This document shows positions 36,432-44,964 of a DNA stretch of 64,000 bases, piece after piece (position 1 is the stretch's first letter; every line of letters begins with the position of its first letter). The translations under genes and the position numbers were made by a program. Under the pieces are notes generated by a model, which searched no databases, was not told the DNA's origin, and worked only from the letters and a program-made list of their open reading frames with translations. This DNA is from an uncultured Candidatus Saccharibacteria bacterium (GTDB taxonomy: Bacteria > Patescibacteriota > Saccharimonadia > Saccharimonadales > JACDBH01), in NCBI GenBank assembly GCA_965231105.1, contig OZ246417.1:576908-640907 (forward strand). The letters are read 5' to 3'.

Positions 36432-36830
36432 TCAGGACTTCGCTGATTTGTGATAGCCAATAGGGGCATACACTCCGATAATTACTAGTACCGCTCCGGC
36501 TAGTAGCAACAGCACACTAAGTCCAAGGTTAATAAAGAAGAAAATGATACCAATCACCACCACGATAAGACCTAAAAAGATGACAAGTTTTACTACCTTA
36601 TTAGAAGTAGCCTTTTTACCTTCTTTCTCGACGGACTGCGGAGGTTGAAAAGGTGCCTTTAACAGATCTGCAGGCTCATATCCGGCGACTTTAGTATGAC
36701 CGGCCTCATGCGTATTTTTTTCTGAACCTGGATCTACTTGTTCTACCGTTTCATCAACAACAGTTTGTCCCAGTTGTTCAGCTACTTCAGTTTTTTGTGC
36801 ATTTGGTTGCTGTCTGTTATCAAGAGTCAT
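36432..36830 (-). CDS. two-TM hypothetical protein (paralog B)
   Basis: AGGAG lies 5 nt upstream of the ATG at 36830 (MTLDNRQQ). Shares EVAEQLGQTVVD and the LLLLAG TM block with paralog A. Confidence 0.55.
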   Translation of the reverse strand: MTLDNRQQPNAQKTEVAEQLGQTVVDETVEQVDPGSEKNTHEAGHTKVAGYEPADLLKAPFQPPQSVEKEGKKATSNKVVKLVIFLGLIVVVIGIIFFFINLGLSVLLLLAGAVLVIIGVYAPIGYHKSAKS

Positions 36831-37014
36831 ATTTTCTCCTGAAAACAAGTATAGTGGGCTGTGTGTAAAAAACCTGTGAAAAAGGTTACTTTTCGCAATA
36901 ACAGATACGGACGAATGGTTCGCTGTGAGTTTAAGGCAAAATCTGCTTAAATAGAATGAGCATGATGGAGTTTGCCCAGATTGCTTTTTTGTAAATTTAT
37001 TCTATAATTTGAAT

Positions 37015-37686
37015 ATGAAACGGCTCTATAAAGCCTTCTACAAGACAGTTATTTACACCAAGAAAAATCGGTTCGCCATTTTTCTCATGATTTTTCTAAG
37101 CCTCGTTTTTGCTGCTGCCACTGCTTTATCTGGCCCTCGATCCGGAGAACCCATCGTTTCTGAAACTAATCAGGAGCAGTCACCAACTATTGCTTCTGCA
37201 AATTTAGAAGTTAGCGAATCGCAGTCCCCTGAAGAAAGCCAGCAACTAAGTATCTCCGCCCAAGAACAGTCACAAACAGGTGACACAACTGCAGAATTGA
37301 GCTCTGGATCAAATTCCACCCCTCCGAAAACTTCTCCAGACGGCACCCCTCAATCCTTTGCGGTATCAGGAACAAGTACAATCACCGTTCCGGTGGGCGG
37401 TAAGAGCACATATGGCTCTATCTTTACTACCGATAATAGCGCAGTGACATGGCAGATTGCTTCGTCAAATGCTGCATGGACCGGCGAAACTCCAGAAAGT
37501 TATTCTAATAGCTCCGCTTCAATGTATGTTCATAAAACAACTTCAGATTCGGCAGTACTCTTCCAGGTCGAGGCACTGCCCACCGCAGTGGTTGGCGAAA
37601 TCCATGAATTTAAAGTACGCATCACAGACCCTGCCCGAGGAATCGACCAAGTATTTACTATCCAAGCAACTGTTGTTGCCAATTAA
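37015..37686 (+). CDS. secreted/membrane-anchored Ser/Thr/Gln-rich hypothetical protein
   Basis: The signal-anchor FAIFLMIFLSLVFAAATALSG. TATAAT (37003-37008) lies 6 nt before this ATG. The track's TTG at 37009 is rejected. Confidence 0.55.
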   Translation: MKRLYKAFYKTVIYTKKNRFAIFLMIFLSLVFAAATALSGPRSGEPIVSETNQEQSPTIASANLEVSESQSPEESQQLSISAQEQSQTGDTTAELSSGSNSTPPKTSPDGTPQSFAVSGTSTITVPVGGKSTYGSIFTTDNSAVTWQIASSNAAWTGETPESYSNSSASMYVHKTTSDSAVLFQVEALPTAVVGEIHEFKVRITDPARGIDQVFTIQATVVAN

Positions 37687-37834
37687 TTTTAATTTAGACA
37701 ATACCGTTAACATTCGTAATTAGGTTCAAATTATGGTCTTTTTTGGACTTTTTTGTGATTTTTATCAATTTTCTCCCGTTATTTAATATTTTTTTAATTA
37801 TTTAGTTGTTAAATTAAGCGCGAGAGTACCTACA

Positions 37835-38515
37835 ATGAAGATATTACTTATTGAAGACCATGCCGAACTTGCTCGAAGCCTCAAAGATTTCTTAGCACGC
37901 GAAGGCTGCGTAATTGAAACAGCCACTACGGGCGTGGAGGGCCTGCGTCTTGCAACAGGCCGCGAACACGACGTTATCGTGCTCGATCTTGGGCTACCTG
38001 ATGTTGAAGGACAAACCGTATGTAAAAGTATTCGCAAGGCAGGAGTCACGACGCCAATTCTTGTATTAAGCGGATCAGCCGAACCGCCAACTAAAGTTAA
38101 ATTGTTCTCATATGGCGCTGACGATTATGTCACCAAGCCTTTTCATGCAACCGAACTCCATGCCCGCCTCCTTGCACTCAAAAGACGGGGTCAAGCCCAG
38201 GCCAAGTTAGACAATGTGCTCAAGGTAGACAATCTTGTACTCGATCCTGATCGGCGTCGGGTTGAGCGCGCGGGCCAGCACATCGAACTCAGGCGTAAAG
38301 AATTCGATATATTAGAATATCTCCTACGCAACCGCGGGAAAGTTATTACACGCTCAATGATTATGGACAATGTCTGGGATGTAGGAAGTAATACTTGGAA
38401 CAATACTGTGGACGTCCATATTAAATATTTACGCGATAAAGTAGACAGACCATTCAAGCGCAAGCTCATACAAACAGCTTATGGACTAGGCTATACTATC
38501 GATGACGATAGATAA
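37835..38515 (+). CDS. OmpR/PhoB-family response regulator
   Basis: Receiver MKILLIEDH...VIVLDLGLPD...VTKPF, and a winged-helix output LVLDPDRRRV...IELRRKEFDILEYL...VDVHIKYLRDKV...GLGY. Confidence 0.9.
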   Translation: MKILLIEDHAELARSLKDFLAREGCVIETATTGVEGLRLATGREHDVIVLDLGLPDVEGQTVCKSIRKAGVTTPILVLSGSAEPPTKVKLFSYGADDYVTKPFHATELHARLLALKRRGQAQAKLDNVLKVDNLVLDPDRRRVERAGQHIELRRKEFDILEYLLRNRGKVITRSMIMDNVWDVGSNTWNNTVDVHIKYLRDKVDRPFKRKLIQTAYGLGYTIDDDR

Positions 38516-38552
38516 GCCCGCAACTAACGAAGCAAAGAGAAAGGAGTGGGCA

Positions 38553-38666
38553 ATGAAAGAAGTCGTAACAACTATCCTCACGGATGCAAGCGTTCGTGAT
38601 GCTACTGCAATTGAAAGCACGTTTATGCAACAGGCAGTTGCAGCACCCTGGCTAGATGCAGCGTAA
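38553..38666 (+). CDS. untracked 37-codon ORF between the response regulator and the kinase
   Basis: AAGGAG lies 6 nt upstream of the ATG. It translates as MKEVVTTILTDASVRDATAIESTFMQQAVAAPWLDAA, with no Cys and a single Trp 5 residues from the end. Below the track's length cutoff. Confidence 0.45.
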   Translation: MKEVVTTILTDASVRDATAIESTFMQQAVAAPWLDAA

Positions 38667-38696
38667 GGTAAGAACGCTCAGCCAAGTGGTTCGCAG

Positions 38697-38720
38697 GCCG
38701 GATGTCTATAAACATCCGGC
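38697..38720 (+). promoter_or_regulatory. GC-rich hairpin between the micro-ORF and the kinase
   Basis: GCCGGATGT-ctataa-ACATCCGGC. No U-tract follows, so it may be a processing or attenuation element rather than a full terminator. Confidence 0.35.
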
Positions 38721-38741
38721 TACCCATTAAACAAGGATCGT

Positions 38742-40115
38742 ATGCTGCACCGTTTTTATACAACTTTCATTCTTCCCCGCTCCAAAGATCCAGACGCCTC
38801 TGCCCGCGAGCTCGTTCTTAACTGGCTTCTGTTTGGTATTATCGTACTGAACTTTTTTAGTTGCGTTAATTCATTGGTAAGTCTCTTGGTCTTGGGCAAA
38901 TCATATATCTTGCCCCGTTTTCTCTTTATTACTGCGCTCCTCGTTTTTTGGATTAGTCTATATACAATCTCGAGAATTAAAAATAAACAAAAGCTCGCCG
39001 AACGCATTGTCGTTGCAACGTTCTTTTTACTGGCAAGTTTTGTTATTGAAGCTTGGGGCATCCTTACGCCCGCAGGCGTTTTAACATTCAGTCTTGTCAT
39101 AATTATGGCCGGCATATTACTCGGCTCAATATATGCCGTGTATACGGCACTACTTGCGACGCTCGTAACAGCAATCTTAGAGTACTTACGAATAAGTAAT
39201 GTTATCGAACCGAGTCTCCAATGGATGAGCCGTAGTTCCACCATGGGCGATGTCGTGGTACATGGCACTATTTTTAGCATTCTCGCGCTAATATCTTGGC
39301 TATTTAACAGACAGATGGAAATATCGCTCAGAAGAGCAAAGCGTTCAGAAGCTGCACTACTGAGGCAAAAATTATTGCTCGAAATTAGAATCGAAGAACG
39401 AACTCGAGAATTAGAAGCAGCCCAACTGGAAAAGGTTCAACAATTCTATCGTTTTGCCGAATTAGGACATTTAAGTACTGCTCTGTTTCATGATCTTGCC
39501 AATCACGTTATGAGTGTGAGCCTTGATATTGAGGGTTTGAAAAAACAGCATAGTCCCGATATAAAACGCATCCAAGAAAATATGAATCATATCGATGAGG
39601 TTGTGCAGCGTGTACGCCAGCACATACAGGGCAAAAAGAGTATTGAGTCGTTTAACGCTGTGAGCGAGACAGAGGAAGTAATAAAGATTTTGTCCTCATC
39701 CTCCAAAAAAGCACGTGTACTCGTAGAGCTACATATTTCGCCTTCGGCTGAAGTGCTACAGTATCGAGGTGACATTACTCGTTTCCGACAAATTGTTACT
39801 AACCTCATTATGAACGGAATCGAGTCATACAAAAAAGAAGGCGGATTGTCTGAGCGACTTGTAACGGTACACATCGAGAAGCTTTCGGATCACCTTCATA
39901 TTAGCGTCCACGATCATGGCAAAGGCATTCCTAGCTCTCTGCAATCAAAAATATTTGAACCGTTCTACAGCACAAAAGACAAAGGTATAGGCATCGGACT
40001 TTTCATCGTCAAGAAAGTAACAGAAGAAGACTTTAAAGGCACCATTGCCGTTACGAGCACCAAGAAAGAAGGCACTACCTTTACTGTTAGCCTGCCACTT
40101 AAACATAATGAGTAG
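38742..40115 (+). CDS. sensor histidine kinase with a polytopic membrane sensor domain
   Basis: The first 200 aa or so are about 5-6 hydrophobic helices with only short loops, followed by a coiled coil. H-box LSTALFHDLANHV, N-box NLIMNGIES, G1 DHGKGI, G2 GIGIGL. Confidence 0.85.
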   Translation: MLHRFYTTFILPRSKDPDASARELVLNWLLFGIIVLNFFSCVNSLVSLLVLGKSYILPRFLFITALLVFWISLYTISRIKNKQKLAERIVVATFFLLASFVIEAWGILTPAGVLTFSLVIIMAGILLGSIYAVYTALLATLVTAILEYLRISNVIEPSLQWMSRSSTMGDVVVHGTIFSILALISWLFNRQMEISLRRAKRSEAALLRQKLLLEIRIEERTRELEAAQLEKVQQFYRFAELGHLSTALFHDLANHVMSVSLDIEGLKKQHSPDIKRIQENMNHIDEVVQRVRQHIQGKKSIESFNAVSETEEVIKILSSSSKKARVLVELHISPSAEVLQYRGDITRFRQIVTNLIMNGIESYKKEGGLSERLVTVHIEKLSDHLHISVHDHGKGIPSSLQSKIFEPFYSTKDKGIGIGLFIVKKVTEEDFKGTIAVTSTKKEGTTFTVSLPLKHNE

Positions 40116-42060
40116 CAAGAGCACACTTAATAAAGCCATCGGCAAAGCGCTCCACTATATAGATTCTCAGCAACAAGAAAATGGTGGGTTCATAAGCCAT
40201 TCGAGTTCGTCTTCTCAGAATTTCACTCAAAGCATTCCTTATCAAACTACTTTCGTACCGGCTTTAATGTTAGCCTGTCTTTCGGTTAATAATAAACCCG
40301 TAAGCCAACAACTGCGCGTACGTTTAGCACAATTTTTATTAGAACAAAGAAGTCCTTCAGGATCTTTTAACTATTGGACAAAAGATGGGCCGGAACATAC
40401 AACTCTTCCCTACCCAGATGACCTTGATGACACATTCTGCGCGCTCATTGGACTTACGCTTCATGATTCCTCACTTATTAATGAGGAGGTGCTTGTAAAG
40501 ACAATCTCTCTTCTTTTGGCAACCGAAATTCAGGTCGGTGGACCCTACCGAACTTGGCTCGTGCCTCAGGCTGCTCATAAAGTATGGCAGGATGTAGATC
40601 TAGCCGTTAATACGAATATCGCCTACTTTCTTTCACTGGTGAGTCGGCCGCTTCCCAATCTCACAAAGTTCATGGAAGATGCAATAAAACAGGATTCCTT
40701 ATCTTCTCCGTACTACCCCTCTGAGTATCCGCTTATTTATTATCTTTCTCGTACGTATCGGGGTTCGCTGCAAACAAAGCTCCTGCAAAAAATGCGACGG
40801 CTACAAAAACTCAAGAAGCTATCTTCGCTTGAGAATGCGCTTCTCCTTACATCGTTATTACGCCAAGACAAAATGTCTGATCTTTCGGATCTCGTTCAAG
40901 AATTGCTCACTCAACAACAATCTGACGGCTCCTGGCCAGCGAGTGCATTTTGCATAGACCCAAGCGTTAAAGGTAAGAAGCATTTTCATGGCGCCTCGGT
41001 ACTTACTGCTAGCTTTGCTATTGAGGCACTGACAATTTACCAACGATCGATTTCGCAGCAAGAAACTTTACGGGAGCCAAAAGAACAAAAGACCGATGTA
41101 CTTGAAGAATTGCGGCGCATGGTCACGGCGGAATGCCGCACACTTCCTCGCTATCTTCGTGAAGATACCTTGGCTTTTGAAATAAAGGTTCTAGAAAGTA
41201 AAAATGGTTTAGAAATTGTTGGTTTACCGCAGGCGTTTAACGATTCGCTGCGACATCCTTTACGCAATAAAAAGGAATTCTTGCTACATCTGGGCTTGGC
41301 AAATCTTCATGGCTGGACCGCTTATACGATTTATGATGATTTTATTGATAATGAAGGACAGCCGCACTTGCTCTCGGTAGCCAATATTTCTATGCGTCGA
41401 TCGTTGCAGGGATTTTTAAATGTGCAAAACTTAGATTTCCAAAAATATGTACAACAAACATTTGATTACATTGATAATGCCAATGCCTGGGAATTGGCCC
41501 AATGTCGTTTTGTGGTAAACGATACTAAAATAGCTATTGGTAAATTGCCATCCTACGGAAATCTATCTAAGCTAGCCGAGCGCTCATTAGGCCACACCCT
41601 TACACCGCTCGCAATACTAATAACCGGAGGGAATTCCATAAACTCATCATATTTTCGCGAACTTCAAAACTTTTTTAAGCATTATCTTATCGCCAAACAA
41701 CTCAATGATGATGCCCATGATTGGCAAGATGATGTTCGAAAAGGCCATATAACATACGTAGTAAGAACACTTCTGCATGACCTTAATGTACCTATGGGCG
41801 AGCAATCTCTGGTACGCCTAATGCCACGTATGCAGAAACAATTCTGGCACTATTCACTTACGCATATATGCAAGCTTATGAGACGCCATGTTACGCTAAG
41901 TCAACGAGCACTGGCCAAGTTAGAGATATTAAAACCTCAGAATGTTTTCGTGAAATTACTTGAAGATATTGAGGTTTCAATTAATGAAACTGAGTCATCA
42001 CAGGCCCAGGCCATAAATTTTTTAAAGCACTATAAAAAGCACACGAGAGTAGTAGCATGA
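40108..42060 (+). CDS. two-domain isoprenoid enzyme-like protein: N-terminal SHC/prenyltransferase-repeat (alpha/alpha toroid) domain fused to a C-terminal class-I isoprenoid-synthase-like domain
   Basis: The start ATG overlaps the kinase stop by 8 nt. The N-half has QW-like repeats (KALHYIDSQQQENGGF, RLAQFLLEQRSPSGSF, LVQELLTQQQSDGSW) and DDLDDTF (40417-40431), resembling the class II DxDD(TA) motif. The C-half has DDFID (41335-41349) and NDDAHDWQDD (41704-41733), about 125 aa apart, like DDxxD and NSE/DTE. Confidence 0.6.
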   Translation: MSSKSTLNKAIGKALHYIDSQQQENGGFISHSSSSSQNFTQSIPYQTTFVPALMLACLSVNNKPVSQQLRVRLAQFLLEQRSPSGSFNYWTKDGPEHTTLPYPDDLDDTFCALIGLTLHDSSLINEEVLVKTISLLLATEIQVGGPYRTWLVPQAAHKVWQDVDLAVNTNIAYFLSLVSRPLPNLTKFMEDAIKQDSLSSPYYPSEYPLIYYLSRTYRGSLQTKLLQKMRRLQKLKKLSSLENALLLTSLLRQDKMSDLSDLVQELLTQQQSDGSWPASAFCIDPSVKGKKHFHGASVLTASFAIEALTIYQRSISQQETLREPKEQKTDVLEELRRMVTAECRTLPRYLREDTLAFEIKVLESKNGLEIVGLPQAFNDSLRHPLRNKKEFLLHLGLANLHGWTAYTIYDDFIDNEGQPHLLSVANISMRRSLQGFLNVQNLDFQKYVQQTFDYIDNANAWELAQCRFVVNDTKIAIGKLPSYGNLSKLAERSLGHTLTPLAILITGGNSINSSYFRELQNFFKHYLIAKQLNDDAHDWQDDVRKGHITYVVRTLLHDLNVPMGEQSLVRLMPRMQKQFWHYSLTHICKLMRRHVTLSQRALAKLEILKPQNVFVKLLEDIEVSINETESSQAQAINFLKHYKKHTRVVA

Positions 42061-43103
42061 AACAAATCCTGGCATATCGTCCCGCAATTCGAGAGACAAT
42101 GGAGACCTTCATTAATCTTAAGGAAAAGACTGTGAGTCCAGAGATACAGTGGGGGTCTGATTTTGTGCGACGCCTTCGCTCGTTTGCGACAGGCGGCAAG
42201 ATGTTAAGAGGCGGTCTGGTTTGTTATAGCTACCAACTTTTCAGTAAGAAGAAACCTTCGGCGGCAGCTATTAAGGCTGCTGCGGCATTAGAATTCGCTC
42301 ATGCCGCACTCCTTATTCATGACGACCTTATGGATCATGACGATATTAGGCGGGGACAGCCAGCCATTCATTATCAATATCGGATGCTTGCAACAAAGCA
42401 GAAACTAAAAAATGCGACGGAATTCAGTCAAGCAATGACTATATGTGCCGGCGATATGACTCTTGTTTTTGCTTTTGAATTACTAACCGCTGCCGCGGCA
42501 AAAGCACCTGAGATAAGTGCGTTATTTGCGCGTGAGTTAATGGCCGTTTGTGCAGGGCAGATGCAGGATATCCATCTCAGCTCTACCCCTACACCTTTTA
42601 AACGAGCGATTTACACTACCATGGAAGCAAAAACAGCATCATATTCAGTAGCCTTGCCCTTAGAAATGGGTGCCTTATTGGCAGGCGAAAATCCGAAGAC
42701 GCGTACTGTTTTACATAAACTGGGCATGACCGCAGGAACAATTTTTCAAATCCGCGATGATGAGCTTGGAGTCTTGGGTGATTCGATTGCGCTTGGCAAG
42801 CCGGTAGGCGCAGACATAAAAGAAAATAAGAAAACACTCATTCAGTACTACCTATTTAAGAAAGCCTCTGATATAGAATGCCGGCGGTTAAAAACTATTT
42901 TTGGCAATCCTAAGGCATCCGAAAAAGATATACAGTACGTTCGAAAATTAATTGATCAACATGCAATTTGCACCCTAATCGATCGGGAAATTTCTCATTT
43001 GCAGCAACGTGCGCACGACTGCATTGATAAGCTACCCGTAGATACAAAGGCTAAACTTGAGTTGCGCGCACTCGCTGAGTTTTGCGCCAAACGTCAGAAT
43101 TAG
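42057..43103 (+). CDS. short-chain polyprenyl diphosphate synthase (FPP/GGPP synthase family)
   Basis: FARM LLIHDDLMDHDDIRRG (42321-42344), SARM FQIRDDELG (42756-42770), and GKPVGADIKENKKT. ATGA overlap with the upstream gene. Confidence 0.9.
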   Translation: MKQILAYRPAIRETMETFINLKEKTVSPEIQWGSDFVRRLRSFATGGKMLRGGLVCYSYQLFSKKKPSAAAIKAAAALEFAHAALLIHDDLMDHDDIRRGQPAIHYQYRMLATKQKLKNATEFSQAMTICAGDMTLVFAFELLTAAAAKAPEISALFARELMAVCAGQMQDIHLSSTPTPFKRAIYTTMEAKTASYSVALPLEMGALLAGENPKTRTVLHKLGMTAGTIFQIRDDELGVLGDSIALGKPVGADIKENKKTLIQYYLFKKASDIECRRLKTIFGNPKASEKDIQYVRKLIDQHAICTLIDREISHLQQRAHDCIDKLPVDTKAKLELRALAEFCAKRQN

Positions 43104-43109
43104 CCGGAC

Positions 43110-43559
43110 TTATACGAGTCTACGAATAATCTTCGCACTACTCATCGTAAGTATTTCTGGAATGACGCAAGTGTTTTGGCTACTCGCCCAATATACTGAT
43201 GCTTGGCTCTCAAGTTGTTCAATCGGTAAAAGCTGCCCGTTTGCTGTAGGTGAAATCAATGCAACATCCACCACGCATTTAGGTGCATTTTCGTCGAGCA
43301 ATTCAACTTCATATACAAGATCATAAGGACGTTGCGCCTGTAACTGAAATTGTCGGGCCTGTGCTTCAGTTTCAAATAAAAAGAGTGACTCTAGTCGACT
43401 TGGTAAGGCTGGGAAGTCTTTCAGTCGCGCGTTTTCAAACACTGCTTCGAGAAGAGCCCAGTTATGCATGGGCGACATGCGTACAATTCTCCCCCACGTA
43501 CCTGGTTCGATAATACTACCATTACCAAGCGAATATGAACCCAACCAAAAATAACTCAT
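43110..43559 (-). CDS. hypothetical protein
   Basis: 149-aa ORF convergent on the isoprenoid operon. No motif recognised. Confidence 0.5.
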   Translation of the reverse strand: MSYFWLGSYSLGNGSIIEPGTWGRIVRMSPMHNWALLEAVFENARLKDFPALPSRLESLFLFETEAQARQFQLQAQRPYDLVYEVELLDENAPKCVVDVALISPTANGQLLPIEQLESQASVYWASSQNTCVIPEILTMSSAKIIRRLV

Positions 43560-43624
43560 CCCACAATTTTACTGTATTTGATGCAATGTTTTCTCCTTTT
43601 TATTATTAGTGATATTGTTGGTTC

Positions 43625-44092
43625 ATGACCAAGAAGCCACTGCTTATTTCCTTGATCATCCTTACAGTTATTACGGCAGGAGCTTTCTATTTACTCACAA
43701 GCTCACCCGATGATGCTTCAACACAAAATTCAGTAGATTCAGCCCAGCAAGGGACCAGTGCTCAACCCTCCGCAACTATGGAAATGAGGGGTAAATATGC
43801 GGACTATACAGAAGGAGCTATTAGCAATACGACTGGTACGAAGCTTTTATTTTTTCACGCAGCCTGGTGTCCACAATGTCGCGATCTTGAAGCTGATATT
43901 ACCCAAAAAGGCGTCCCTTCAGGCGTAACAATCTTTAAAGTTGATTACGATACAAACCAGTCTCTTCGACAAAAGTACGGCGTTACGCTCCAAACAACAA
44001 TTGTAAAAGTCGACGACACGGGCAAGCTTATAGACAAGTTTGTTGCATACGAAGAGCCCTCAGTTGATGCTCTTATAAAAAACCTACTTTGA
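43625..44092 (+). CDS. membrane-anchored thioredoxin-family protein
   Basis: N-terminal TM and a WCPQC active site. TGATATTGT lies 6 nt upstream of the ATG. Confidence 0.8.
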   Translation: MTKKPLLISLIILTVITAGAFYLLTSSPDDASTQNSVDSAQQGTSAQPSATMEMRGKYADYTEGAISNTTGTKLLFFHAAWCPQCRDLEADITQKGVPSGVTIFKVDYDTNQSLRQKYGVTLQTTIVKVDDTGKLIDKFVAYEEPSVDALIKNLL

Positions 44093-44093
44093 T

Positions 44094-44834
44094 ATGACAT
44101 TACTTATACTTTCATTCATCGCTGGAGCGCTTACGGTAGCAGCTCCATGCATACTGCCTCTACTTCCTGTGATTGTTGGTGGGTCTTTGGTTGAAACACC
44201 GAAAGAAAAAACTGAACGTCAATGGTTGCGGCCCCTCATCATTGCAACCAGTCTCGCCCTATCTGTCATAATTTTTACCTTGATTTTAAAAGCAACCACC
44301 ACTTTTTTGGGCATACCTCAATATGTATGGCAAATCATATCAGGCATTATAGTTCTGCTCTTGGGCATTAACTTCTTAAAACCTGAACTTTGGGAAAAGA
44401 TACCGCTCGTTAATAAGCTTAATTTAGTTTCAAATAAATTACTGGGCAAATCATTCGCCAAAGGAAATTTTGGCGGCGATATTCTCATTGGCTTTTCATT
44501 AGGCCCGGTGTTTGCAAGCTGCAGTCCTACATACGCACTTATCATTGCCTCTGTTCTACCCGCTTCGTTCCTTCAGGGACTTTTATACCTTAGCGCCTAC
44601 GCCGTTGGACTTGCAGGAATGCTGCTTATTGTGGCGTATGCAGGACAGGCCATCGTGGGCAAGCTTAATTGGCTAAGTAATCCAAACGGTTGGTTCCGTA
44701 AGCTCATTGGTATTGCCTTTATAATTGTTGGTATCACGGTGCTCTTCGGTTTTGATAAGAAAATTCAGTCGTATGTGCTCGAGCGTGGTTGGTATGACCC
44801 TATAAGTAACCTTGAAAAGAGATTATCGGACTAG
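44094..44834 (+). CDS. ccdA: CcdA/DsbD-family thiol:disulfide electron transporter
   Basis: ALTVAAPCILPLLPVIVG and a second ...GPVFASCSPTY Cys motif. Six TM. Adjacent to the thioredoxin gene. Confidence 0.85.
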   Translation: MTLLILSFIAGALTVAAPCILPLLPVIVGGSLVETPKEKTERQWLRPLIIATSLALSVIIFTLILKATTTFLGIPQYVWQIISGIIVLLLGINFLKPELWEKIPLVNKLNLVSNKLLGKSFAKGNFGGDILIGFSLGPVFASCSPTYALIIASVLPASFLQGLLYLSAYAVGLAGMLLIVAYAGQAIVGKLNWLSNPNGWFRKLIGIAFIIVGITVLFGFDKKIQSYVLERGWYDPISNLEKRLSD

Positions 44835-44964
44835 TATGCCAGTTACTCACCAACAACTGCCACAACCCTAGCAGGTGCACCGTCGATTTCAAGTTTGAGC
44901 GGTAAGGCATATACAGTGAAATCCTTGCCTTCCAACGCGGCAAGATTCGTAAGATCTTCTATAA

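Noticed and set aside
43110-43559. The 149-aa ORF convergent on the isoprenoid operon as a RES-type toxin or an immunity protein.
   Set aside because: There is only a vague R...E...S resemblance (PSRLESLF), and no partner antitoxin gene is present. That is not enough evidence.
44835-44964. A coding-looking stretch on the minus strand (...IIEDLTNLAALEGKDFTVYALPLKLEIDGAPARVVAVVGE*) just downstream of, and +1-shifted from, the 177-aa ORF.
   Set aside because: It has no start codon. The in-frame continuation after the TGA hits TAG two codons later. At 47 codons it is too short to separate a gene remnant or frameshift from chance. Checking reads for an indel near 44965-44995 would settle it.
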